Source of the DNA: a candidate division CPR3 bacterium GWF2_35_18
GTDB taxonomy: Bacteria; Patescibacteriota; CPR3; GWF2-35-18
Direction of reading: 5' to 3'
DNA: 64,000 nucleotides
NCBI GenBank assembly: GCA_001771135.1
Contig: MESW01000007.1
Location: forward strand, 3,563-67,562
Made by a program: the position numbers and the translations under genes. This document shows positions 37,863 through 46,369 of this stretch, piece by piece; the stretch's first letter is position 1; every line of letters starts with the position of its first letter. Under the pieces are notes generated by a model. The model saw only the letters and a list, made by a program, of their open reading frames with translations, searched no databases and had not been told where the DNA came from.

Positions 37863-40222
37863 ATCTTGCAATTACATCTTTTAGTAGTAACCAGATCTTA
37901 TTTATAATCGTTATTACACTATTATTACTGGTTTTTATGCTTACCCTTTTTTTAGGAGGATTTGCTTTTATATCGAGTTTTCTTAAAAACTTAAATAGAA
38001 AACAAAAATCACTATCGCTAATATGTGTAAAAATTCAGATTCCCAAGGGAAACGAAATTGAGATTGAGAAGGCAGAGCAGATGTTTGCAGGTCTTTATGG
38101 AATATATCAACGTGGTTTTGCTGGAGCTTTTTCTGCTCAAGCAGTTATTAGTTTTGAAATTGTTGCTCGTAATAAAAAAATAGAGTTTTATGTTCTAGTT
38201 CAAAAAGATATTTACAATTTAGTAGAAAAACAAATTCATAGTGCGTATTCTGAGGCAGAGATTGAACAGATTGAGTTTCCAAATATTTTTAATCATCCTG
38301 GTAAAGTCTTTTTCTCTGAACTTCGTTTCTCAAATCAACCATACTTTCCGATAAAAAAATATAAAGATCTCCCAAATGATTCTTTGAATCAGATTACTTC
38401 AGCAATGAGTAAGCTTCAGGAAGATGAAGCGATGATTTTACAGATATTAATTTCTCCGGTGAGTGATTCTTGGAGAGGAAGAGGGAAGAGATATGTTGCT
38501 TCTGTTAATGCGCGTTCTCAACAAACTGATTCACAAGGGAATCTTGTTCCCAAAGTTTCTGTCGATACCAGTTTAACTCAAGGCGTTGAGGAAAAAGTGG
38601 CAAAAGTGGGGTTTGAAACTGTAATTAGGATTGTATCAGTTGGATCTAATACCCAAATTGCTCGTTCCAATATAGACAACTTAATTGGAGCCTTTGAGCA
38701 GTTTAGATTACCTTCCTATAATGGGTTTTTAAGACGCCGATTCATTTTTAATAAGAAAAAATTCGCGCGAGATTTTATTTATAGATACTTTCCCATTAGC
38801 GGAAAGAGGATGATTTTGAATACGGAAGAGTTAGCAACTATTTTTCATTTTCCAAATAAAAAGGTAGAAACTCCACATATTGACTGGTTGTTATCCAAAA
38901 AAGCCGCTTCTCCCGGTTTTCTTCCTTTAGAAGGGCTTTATCTTGGAAAAAGTAAATTCCGAGGAGTAGAAACAAAAGTATTTCAAACCCTTCCAGATCG
39001 CAGGAGACATACCTACATTATAGGACAAACTGGTGTTGGTAAATCTGAATTTTTGAAATCATTAGCGGTTCAAGATATAAAAGAAGGTAAAGGAGTCGCT
39101 TTTATTGATCCTCATGGAGATGCGGTTGAAGATATTTTAACAAAAATTCCACCCGAGAGAGCGGAAGATGTGATTTATTTCGACCCGGGAGATACCGAAA
39201 GACCAATGGGATTGAATATTTTGGAAGCAAAAAGTGAGGATCAGAAACATCTGATTGTTAACTCATTTATAGCACTACTTTATAAATTGTATGATCCGGG
39301 GCACACTGGTATTATGGGTCCACGACTTGAGCGTGCCATTCGTAACGTTATGCTTACTGCGATGAGCGAAGAGGGGAATTCGATGGTTGAAGTTTTGAGA
39401 TTACTCATAAGTCCTGAATTTGCCAAAGAAAAAGTAGCCTTAGTTAAAGATCCTCTTGTGAAGCAGTATTGGACTGAAGAGCTTGCTCAGACTTCTGATT
39501 TCCATAAGTCAGAGACATTAGGATATTTTGTTTCCAAATTTGACCGTTTTGTTACTGAGAAACTAATGCGTAATATTATTGGACAATCTTATTCAGCTTT
39601 CGATTTTCGAGAAGTTATGGATCAATCAAAAATATTACTCGTAAATCTTTCCAAGGGAAAAATCGGAGAAGAGAACTCCAACTTTTTAGGGTTAATATTA
39701 GTACCAAGATTACTTGTTGCAGCAATGAGTCGTTCCGCTGATACGACTGAAGAAGAGCGCAAGGATTTTTTTCTATATGTTGATGAGTTCCAAAACTTTG
39801 CTACTCCAGATTTTGCTACAATTCTTTCAGAGGCCAGAAAATTTAGACTTTCACTAGTTGTTGCAAATCAATATATTGCACAAATGGATGAACATGTTAA
39901 AAATGCTATTTTTGGTAATGTAGGAACGACTGTTGCCTTTAGAGTTGGTGTAAATGATGGAGAGTTTATGCAGAATAGATTTGATCCAGTTTTTAACAAG
40001 ACGGATCTTATGAATATCCCTGTTGGCAATGTTTATATTCAGATGCTAATAAATGGAGCCCCTTCTTCACCATTCTCTATGGCAGTAGATTGGCAACATA
40101 TTATGAACACTCCCAAAAATAAAGAAGTTGCAGATATGATTAAACAGTTATCACGTCTTAAATATGGTCGAGATCGAGATGTTGTTGAAGCGGAGATTAG
40201 AATGCGGGCAAAATTGGAATAA
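37859..40222 (+). CDS. Membrane-anchored P-loop ATPase of the VirB4/VirD4 (TraG/TrwB, DUF87 AAA-like) type IV secretion / DNA-translocation family
   Basis: N-terminal TM ILFIIVITLLLLVFMLTLFLGGFAFISSF; Walker A IIGQTGVGKSEF followed by AFIDPHGDAVEDIL (DPxGE-type motif of TraG/DUF87); Walker B FFLYVDEFQNF ~230 aa later; RKFRLSLVVANQYIAQM; GTG start. Confidence 0.55.
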   Translation: MNLAITSFSSNQILFIIVITLLLLVFMLTLFLGGFAFISSFLKNLNRKQKSLSLICVKIQIPKGNEIEIEKAEQMFAGLYGIYQRGFAGAFSAQAVISFEIVARNKKIEFYVLVQKDIYNLVEKQIHSAYSEAEIEQIEFPNIFNHPGKVFFSELRFSNQPYFPIKKYKDLPNDSLNQITSAMSKLQEDEAMILQILISPVSDSWRGRGKRYVASVNARSQQTDSQGNLVPKVSVDTSLTQGVEEKVAKVGFETVIRIVSVGSNTQIARSNIDNLIGAFEQFRLPSYNGFLRRRFIFNKKKFARDFIYRYFPISGKRMILNTEELATIFHFPNKKVETPHIDWLLSKKAASPGFLPLEGLYLGKSKFRGVETKVFQTLPDRRRHTYIIGQTGVGKSEFLKSLAVQDIKEGKGVAFIDPHGDAVEDILTKIPPERAEDVIYFDPGDTERPMGLNILEAKSEDQKHLIVNSFIALLYKLYDPGHTGIMGPRLERAIRNVMLTAMSEEGNSMVEVLRLLISPEFAKEKVALVKDPLVKQYWTEELAQTSDFHKSETLGYFVSKFDRFVTEKLMRNIIGQSYSAFDFREVMDQSKILLVNLSKGKIGEENSNFLGLILVPRLLVAAMSRSADTTEEERKDFFLYVDEFQNFATPDFATILSEARKFRLSLVVANQYIAQMDEHVKNAIFGNVGTTVAFRVGVNDGEFMQNRFDPVFNKTDLMNIPVGNVYIQMLINGAPSSPFSMAVDWQHIMNTPKNKEVADMIKQLSRLKYGRDRDVVEAEIRMRAKLE

Positions 40223-40223
40223 G

Positions 40224-40817
40224 TTAGTCTTTAAGGAAATCAATTATCCTTTTCCCAAAAATAGTTAAAGCAGCTCCGATTGTAAGAAGATGTTCTCCAG
40301 TGGGGAGAGTAATATTTTGGGCTCCGATAATAGTTGCTGTATTACCCGGAACTAATTCATCCCCGAGTAATGGTCTAATCGTCATAATTCTTTTTTTATC
40401 TATTTCGGAAAGGTTATCAATCCTTTTTTCGCATAATTCAACGGATTCAGCAAAGAGTTTACTGGATTTAGTTCTTGTTCCATAAGAGCGAAAACCTTTT
40501 TGCATACCTTTTCTTAAACGTCCACAGACATTTACTATTTTATATACATTGTTATTTTTATAAAATGCATTCAAAACAGTACTTCCACCAGCACTGCATC
40601 CTACAAGAGAGACTTTATTCTGATTTTGAGATAACTTAGAAATAAGATTTAATAGTTTAGAAAGAGATTCTGTAAAATCTGTATTCTTTTTGTGCCAGTT
40701 AAAAGGATAAATTAATGGTTGAAGATTATATTTACGCCAAAACGAAGTAGCGATTTTTACCTTAGTTGTATCGTTACTAAGACCAGGAATAATAATAACA
40801 TAATGGACTTGAGACAT
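40224..40817 (-). CDS. Alpha/beta-hydrolase-fold protein (GxSxG lipase/esterase-like)
   Basis: VIIIPGLSND ... nucleophile elbow VGCSAGG; 197 aa. Confidence 0.45.
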   Translation of the reverse strand: MSQVHYVIIIPGLSNDTTKVKIATSFWRKYNLQPLIYPFNWHKKNTDFTESLSKLLNLISKLSQNQNKVSLVGCSAGGSTVLNAFYKNNNVYKIVNVCGRLRKGMQKGFRSYGTRTKSSKLFAESVELCEKRIDNLSEIDKKRIMTIRPLLGDELVPGNTATIIGAQNITLPTGEHLLTIGAALTIFGKRIIDFLKD

Positions 40818-40841
40818 GTTTTAATACAAATTTAGGTAAAA

Positions 40842-40913
40842 CAGGGGCGTCAGGATTTGAACCCGAACTAAAGGTTTTGGAGACCCTTGTGCTACCATTG
40901 ACACTACGCCCCT
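40842..40913 (-). tRNA. tRNA-Trp (anticodon CCA), no CCA tail
   Basis: Reverse complement AGGGGCG TA GTGTC AATGGTAGCAC A AGGGT CTCCAAA ACCTT TAGT TCGGG TTCAAAT CCTGA CGCCCCT. Confidence 0.85.
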
Positions 40914-40941
40914 ACAAAATTAAGTACTCTGCGAAAAGAGA

Positions 40942-41112
40942 TTATTTAACTTTAGTTTCTTTATGAACGGTTTGTTTTTTGCACCATTTGCAAAGCTTTT
41001 TTAATTCCAACTTTTCTTGATTATTCAACTTACTTTTTGTGGTTGTGTAGTTCAACCTTTTGCACTTAGTGCATTGTAAATGAATAATAATCCGTTGTGA
41101 TTTTTTCGCCAT
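40942..41112 (-). CDS. rpmG: Ribosomal protein L33 (56 aa, not in ORF track)
   Basis: Own translation MAKKSQRIIIHLQCTKCKRLNYTTTKSKLNNQEKLELKKLCKWCKKQTVHKETKVK; two CxxC zinc-ribbon pairs and L33 signature YTTTKNK / LELKKYC. Confidence 0.8.
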   Translation of the reverse strand: MAKKSQRIIIHLQCTKCKRLNYTTTKSKLNNQEKLELKKLCKWCKKQTVHKETKVK

Positions 41113-41147
41113 AATATTCCTTCCTAAGATTTAATTATGTATTTAAA

Positions 41148-41222
41148 TGGAGCCCACTAGCGGACTTGAACCGCTGACCTACTCCTTACCATGGAGTTGC
41201 TCTACCACTGAGCTAAGTGGGC
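41148..41222 (-). tRNA. tRNA-Thr (anticodon GGT), CCA encoded
   Basis: RC: GCCCACT TA GCTC AGTGGTA GAGC A ACTCC ATGGTAA GGAGT AGGTC AGCGG TTCAAGT CCGCT AGTGGGC T CCA. Confidence 0.85.
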
Positions 41223-41225
41223 AAA

Positions 41226-41311
41226 TGCTGAGGGTAGGATTTGAACCTACGTAGCCCTGTCGGGCGGCAGATTTACAGTCTGCTCCGATTGACCGCTCCG
41301 GCACCTCAGCT
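41226..41311 (-). tRNA. tRNA-Tyr (anticodon GTA), long variable arm
   Basis: RC: GCTGAGG TG CCGGAGCGGTCAATCGGA GCAGA CTGTAAA TCTGC + long variable arm + TAGG TTCAAAT CCTAC CCTCAGC A; anticodon arm identical to E. coli tRNA-Tyr. Confidence 0.85.
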
Positions 41312-41411
41312 TATTCTTATACCCATATAATTTCGATTTACATCTTAACATGTTTCTATATGGGTAATACTCAACTACATTTTTTACAAACTCAAAGAAA
41401 TTGAGTATATA

Positions 41412-41483
41412 AGCCGCCTGTCGGACTTGAACCGACGACCCACGGTTTACAAAACCGTTGCTCTGCCACTGAGCTAAGGCGGC
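41412..41483 (-). tRNA. tRNA-Thr (anticodon TGT)
   Basis: RC: GCCGCCT TA GCTC AGTGGCA GAGC A ACGGT TTTGTAA ACCGT GGGTC GTCGG TTCAAGT CCGAC AGGCGGC. Confidence 0.85.
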
Positions 41484-41647
41484 ACCGTATATCTTTCAGA
41501 ATGCCTTTACTTTAAGTATATACCAGAATATTTTTATATATACTTAAAAAAGTTAGATATACCGAGAAAAACGTGATTATTATATACTTATCTTCCTGTG
41601 ATTTGCAACAATCTTAGGTATTATAAGGTTAATGAAATTTCCCCCAT

Positions 41648-41690
41648 AAAAAAAGCTGGTGTAAAATTACATTTCACCAGCCTTTTTTCG
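41648..41690. terminator. Bidirectional intrinsic terminator (A7 GCTGGTG ... CACCAGC T6)
   Basis: Inverted repeat GCTGGTG/CACCAGC with 14-nt loop flanked by A-run and T-run. Confidence 0.6.
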
Positions 41691-41888
41691 GAAATATCCG
41701 TTCCTAGTGGTTGAAGCTTTGAATTTGGACTCCCAAAGAGCCAAGTGGGTTTCTAGTCTACATTATCTTAATGACAATCTAGAACGTATGAATCCCTTTG
41801 TATTGAGCGTCGGATCAAATTATAAAGCTTCTCCATTTAGGATGTTTTAGTAAATAAATACTAAAACTATATTCAAGGTACCATACTT

Positions 41889-42497
41889 CTAGAATGAAAT
41901 CAAGATTGCAGGAAATAACTTTGAAAGGAGGTCTAGAATTATTTGTAAATACATACTTATAACTGTTTGTCCGTTAATTGGTAAGATAAGTAGAATTATC
42001 AAAAGTATGTATGTTAACTTACTAGATTCTTCCCATTGAATAGCCATCTTTGTGGGTAGAATTCCAGATACAATTTTAAACCCGTCGAGAGGACCAAGTG
42101 GAATGAGATTAAAAGTTCCCAACACGATATTTATCAGAATGAATGGTTCTAGAAACCAATTATTTCCGATAAAATAAAGAATAATTAATCCCAATATCGC
42201 TAGAGCGAAATTGGCCGCTGGTCCAGCCAGAGAAACTAAAGCAGTATCTCTGCGGATATTTTTAAAATTATAAGGGTTTATGGGAACTGGTTTTGCCCAT
42301 CCAAATCCAATTAAAAATATGGCTAAAGTTCCAACGAGGTCAAGGTGAGCAAAAGGATTTATGGTTAGTCTACCCATAGCTTTTGGAGTCGGATCACCCA
42401 ATTTATCAGCGATATATGCATGAGAAAACTCATGAATAATTAGCGCTGGAATAAAAAATAAAATATAGGGAATTATTAAGGCCGTATTTAAAAACAT
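41889..42497 (-). CDS. Peptidase M50 (site-2 protease / SpoIVFB-like) membrane metalloprotease
   Basis: HEFSHAYIADKLGD (HExxH) in TM1, multiple TM helices, LDGFKI (LDG motif). Confidence 0.7.
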   Translation of the reverse strand: MFLNTALIIPYILFFIPALIIHEFSHAYIADKLGDPTPKAMGRLTINPFAHLDLVGTLAIFLIGFGWAKPVPINPYNFKNIRRDTALVSLAGPAANFALAILGLIILYFIGNNWFLEPFILINIVLGTFNLIPLGPLDGFKIVSGILPTKMAIQWEESSKLTYILLIILLILPINGQTVISMYLQIILDLLSKLFPAILISF

Positions 42498-42620
42498 ATT
42501 ATATCTTGATCTAAAAATAAAATTCTGTTAGTATATGAAATCGTTTTGTTATACAATTGTAGGATAATAAATATAACAGATTGTATCCAACATACTAAAG
42601 AAAGTCAAAAAGGAGAAAAA

Positions 42621-42860
42621 ATGTCTAGATCATGTGAAATCTGCGGAAAAGGCGTTGTCTATGGTAAAAGCGGTATTCATAAACATAGCGGTTTATGGCA
42701 TAATCGTGCCCCTAAGACAGCCAGACAGTGGAAACCAAACCTCAAAACTGTAAGAGTAATGGTTGATGGTCAGGTTAAGAAAATTAAAATCTGTGCTCAA
42801 TGCTTGAAATCGAGTAAAATAATGGGAAAAGAAGCCAGTACAACCAATACAACTAACTAA
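42621..42860 (+). CDS. rpmB: Ribosomal protein L28 (true start at MSRSCEICGK with SD AAAGGAGAAAAA; track ORF 42546 is too long)
   Basis: MSRSCEICGKGVVYGKSGIHKHSGLWHNRAPKTARQWKPNLKTVRVMVDGQVKKIKICAQCLKS matches L28 incl. CxxC...CxxC. Confidence 0.85.
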   Translation: MSRSCEICGKGVVYGKSGIHKHSGLWHNRAPKTARQWKPNLKTVRVMVDGQVKKIKICAQCLKSSKIMGKEASTTNTTN

Positions 42861-43735
42861 AAAAGATCAAAATTGCGATAGCCATTTTTAAATTCTTCTA
42901 AGTTCATTTCTTTTTTACCTTCGAGTTGGACTTTATCAACTATTATTTTGTTATCTTCATATCTAAGAGTGGTGATTTTTAAACGTTTTCCATCCCAATT
43001 TGTCCATATACCAGGCCAAGGATAATATGCTTTGAATTTTTGATAGATATTTTTAGGCGATTCTTTGGAAATATCGATATAACCATCATTTCTACTAAGA
43101 ATTTTAGTAAAAGTAGCTTGGGAGTGGTTCTGGGGAATAGGTTGTATTGTACGATTAGCGTAATCTGATAAGAAGGAAGGTGTATGATTTGATCCTAGTC
43201 TGAATAGTTTTTCCGTTAAACTGTGATTATCATCATGATCATTGACTACTACTTTTTGTTGAAATAATATTTGTCCATGGTCAACTTTTTCATCAACTAA
43301 GAATATGGTATAACCTGTTTCTGCTTCGTTATTCAGAATAGCACTTTGTATCGGTGTCGAGCCGCGGTATTTTGGTAATAAAGAGGGATGAAAGCATACG
43401 ATTCCTAATTTAGGTAGTTTAATAATTTCGGGAGGGATAATTTTGGCATAACTTGCGATAAAAATAAGATCTGATTTTAATGATTTAATCTTTTCAATGA
43501 TTTTTGGGTTTTTTAATGAGTTGGGTGTTAATACATTAAGTTTTTCTTTTAGAGCGAACTTTTTAACTGGTGTTGAAATTTTTTCTTTTTTTCTACCCTT
43601 TGGTTTATCAGATTGTGTAAGTATTGCAATAATAGATACTTTATTACTTTTCAATAAAGTTTCTAAAAAATAGGTTGAATAGATCGAGCTTCCAGCAAAA
43701 ATAATCTTAATTTTGTTCATAATGGTATATATCAA
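42857..43735 (-). CDS. fmt: Methionyl-tRNA formyltransferase
   Basis: Formyltransferase motif GIVCFHPSLLPKYRGSTPIQSAILN; C-terminal Fmt domain. Confidence 0.9.
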   Translation of the reverse strand: MIYTIMNKIKIIFAGSSIYSTYFLETLLKSNKVSIIAILTQSDKPKGRKKEKISTPVKKFALKEKLNVLTPNSLKNPKIIEKIKSLKSDLIFIASYAKIIPPEIIKLPKLGIVCFHPSLLPKYRGSTPIQSAILNNEAETGYTIFLVDEKVDHGQILFQQKVVVNDHDDNHSLTEKLFRLGSNHTPSFLSDYANRTIQPIPQNHSQATFTKILSRNDGYIDISKESPKNIYQKFKAYYPWPGIWTNWDGKRLKITTLRYEDNKIIVDKVQLEGKKEMNLEEFKNGYRNFDLF

Positions 43736-43924
43736 TATGTATCATAATATATATTAATATAATTATTTAATACATAAAGTAATTTATATTTGTTGTAATC
43801 TTGTTTTAATTATACTTAAGAACAGTATAAACCACAAATTTGAGTGATTACACTTTGTATTTCAAGCAAAAATACTTAAGTTGATAAACTAATAAGGGAA
43901 TGTTAAACTGAAGCGGAATTCTGT

Positions 43925-44998
43925 TTGAGTTTTAATGTAAATTTTATGTTTGATTTTTTTTGGGATTTAGTTACTTATGACATCGGAATAGATCTTGGCA
44001 CTGCAAATACAAAAGTGCATGTGCGAAATAAGGGAATTATTTTCCGAGAACCTTCGGTAGTTGCTCAGCATAAGAAGACAAAACAGATATTAGCAATTGG
44101 AACTGAAGCAAAAAGGATGCTGGGAAAAACTCCAACGACTATTGTGGCAATTAAACCTCTTTCTGACGGAGTTATTTCTGATTTTGACATTACAGAACAG
44201 ATGTTGCGTTATTTTATCCGTAAAGTTCACGACGTAAAATCAACAATTCCTAAAATACCTCGACCGCGACTCGTAATTGGAGTTCCTTCAGAAATTACGG
44301 AAGTGGAAAGGAAAGCAGTGGTTGATGCAGCTATGAAGGCAGGAGCCAGAAATGTTTTTTTAATTGAAGAACCAATGGCTTCAGCAATCGGAGCGGGTCT
44401 TGCCATAGAAGAACCAAATGGGAATATGATTATTGATATAGGAGGGGGAACGACGGAGATTGCTATCATTTCTTTGAGCGGTATTGTCGTAAGTCGTTCT
44501 ATTAGAGTTGCTGGTCAAGAGATGGATGATGAGATTGTAAATTTTGCGAAAAAAAATTATAACTTGCTTTTGGGAGAACGAACAGCCGAAGATATCAAAA
44601 TTGAAATAGGATCTGCCTATACGAATTCGGGTGTCGACAATAAAAAGGTTATCATGAGAGGAAGAGATTTAGTCTCGGGTTTACCGAAGGCAATTTCTAT
44701 CACGGCAGAAGAAGTTCGAAAAGCAATAGGCGGTCCCATAAGTATAATTATTTTGGCTGTTAAAGAAGTTATCGAAGAAACTCCTCCTGAGCTTCTTGCA
44801 GATATCATGAAACAGGGTATTACCCTTTCTGGAGGAGGATCATTAATTAGAGGAATTGATAAACTAATAGCTGAAAAAACAGGTGTTCCAGTCAGGGTTG
44901 CAGATGATCCCTTAACTGGTGTTGTTAGGGGAACTGCAGCCGTTTTAGAAGAACTAGACCTGTTAGAGAAGGTAAAAATTGCAGGAAGAGGTCGTTAG
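43925..44998 (+). CDS. mreB: Rod-shape protein MreB (in mreBCD-mrdA operon)
   Basis: DIGIDLGTANTKVH, DIGGGTTEIAI, GGGSLIRGI. Confidence 0.9.
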   Translation: MSFNVNFMFDFFWDLVTYDIGIDLGTANTKVHVRNKGIIFREPSVVAQHKKTKQILAIGTEAKRMLGKTPTTIVAIKPLSDGVISDFDITEQMLRYFIRKVHDVKSTIPKIPRPRLVIGVPSEITEVERKAVVDAAMKAGARNVFLIEEPMASAIGAGLAIEEPNGNMIIDIGGGTTEIAIISLSGIVVSRSIRVAGQEMDDEIVNFAKKNYNLLLGERTAEDIKIEIGSAYTNSGVDNKKVIMRGRDLVSGLPKAISITAEEVRKAIGGPISIIILAVKEVIEETPPELLADIMKQGITLSGGGSLIRGIDKLIAEKTGVPVRVADDPLTGVVRGTAAVLEELDLLEKVKIAGRGR

Positions 44999-45015
44999 AT
45001 TTTCCATTTATTCAT

Positions 45016-45834
45016 ATGCAGGAATCTTATAAGGCAATAAAATCATTTCTAAGTTTTATTCTGCTGAGTTTAGGAATTATTTTTATCGATATTTTATTCT
45101 CTCTTAATTTTATCAAAGAGAAGAGTATACAGTTTATTTATCCAATTACTTACGCTTCTCAGAATCTGAGTAATGAGATAAAAGATTTTGTTGAACAGTT
45201 AACCGAAACCAAAAAAATATATAAAGAATATGTTAGTTTGAGCGAACAAAACAGTCAGTTAAAAGCTCAAGAGTCTCTGCTTCAAGATTTGGAAACAGAA
45301 AACAAGCTGTTGAAGGAAAGTTTAAAGGTAAAATCAGATATAGATTATGATAAGGTTTTGGCAAAAGTAATAGGAAGGGAAGAAAGTAATACCTTAGGAT
45401 ATATTATTATCAATAAAGGTTCTAAAGATGATGTTAAAGTGGGCATGCCTGTAGTTTTGGATAACCGTTTGCTTGGAAAGGTAGAAGAAGTATTTACGTC
45501 ATATTCACGTGTGAGACTAATTAATTCTAGTAACAGTAACATTCCGACAAAAATTCTAGGGGATTTGAGTAATAAGAGTTTATCGTTTTTAGTGGGAGGA
45601 TATGGATTAACAATGAATGTAACAAAGTTAGATCAAGATGCTGTTGTGGAGAAAGGAGATTTCGTTATCACATCGGGACAAGGGGGAACATTTCCTCAAA
45701 ATTTATTAATAGGAGAAGTAACAGAAGTTGTTTCCAAAGTAGAAACAATGTTGTATCAAGAGGCAAAAGTCAAACCAGTCGTTGATTTTAGTAATTTACA
45801 AACAGTTTTTGTGTTATTAAAAACTGAGTTTTGA
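45016..45834 (+). CDS. mreC: Rod-shape protein MreC
   Basis: N-terminal TM, coiled-coil region (LKAQESLLQDLETENKLLKE), C-terminal beta domain GMPVVLDNRLLGKVEEV, ITSGQGGTFPQNLLIGEV. Confidence 0.8.
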   Translation: MQESYKAIKSFLSFILLSLGIIFIDILFSLNFIKEKSIQFIYPITYASQNLSNEIKDFVEQLTETKKIYKEYVSLSEQNSQLKAQESLLQDLETENKLLKESLKVKSDIDYDKVLAKVIGREESNTLGYIIINKGSKDDVKVGMPVVLDNRLLGKVEEVFTSYSRVRLINSSNSNIPTKILGDLSNKSLSFLVGGYGLTMNVTKLDQDAVVEKGDFVITSGQGGTFPQNLLIGEVTEVVSKVETMLYQEAKVKPVVDFSNLQTVFVLLKTEF

Positions 45835-46364
45835 AAAAAAGTATTATGTCAATTATTATTATTTCATTTTTGGTAATTATTATCGAAAAGGGAATTTTTC
45901 CTTCCTTTTTCCCTTCCGGTTTTATTCCTCAGTTTCTGCTTATTTATCTTATTTCTTTAACAAATTGGCAGATTAGAAATTTCCATACCGAGTTAAAATG
46001 GCATAATATAGCGTTAGCAATATTTATATCTGGGATTATCTATGATTTACTATCCGGAAATTTTTTAGGGATTAATTCACTACTTTTGTTAGTTACAATA
46101 TTTGTTATCATAGTTTTAGGATTAATCTTGCCATCGCAAGTTAATTTTTTCTTTCTTCCTTTAAGTATCGTTGTTGGGAGCATTGTTTTTAACGTTCTTT
46201 TCTATTTTTCATATTCAATATTAGGAATTGATTTAAACCTTTCTTTTTGGAACTACATAATTAGTCAGAATCTGGTGAACTTTATTATGGGGATTATTTC
46301 TCAAATTTTGTTTAGTTTTCTATTTAACAAATTTTTAAGTAAAAAAGATATAGAGATTAGTTAA
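45831..46364 (+). CDS. mreD: Rod-shape protein MreD (polytopic membrane protein)
   Basis: Five hydrophobic helices, position between mreC and PBP2, 4-nt overlap. Confidence 0.6.
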   Translation: MKKSIMSIIIISFLVIIIEKGIFPSFFPSGFIPQFLLIYLISLTNWQIRNFHTELKWHNIALAIFISGIIYDLLSGNFLGINSLLLLVTIFVIIVLGLILPSQVNFFFLPLSIVVGSIVFNVLFYFSYSILGIDLNLSFWNYIISQNLVNFIMGIISQILFSFLFNKFLSKKDIEIS

Positions 46365-46369
46365 ATATC

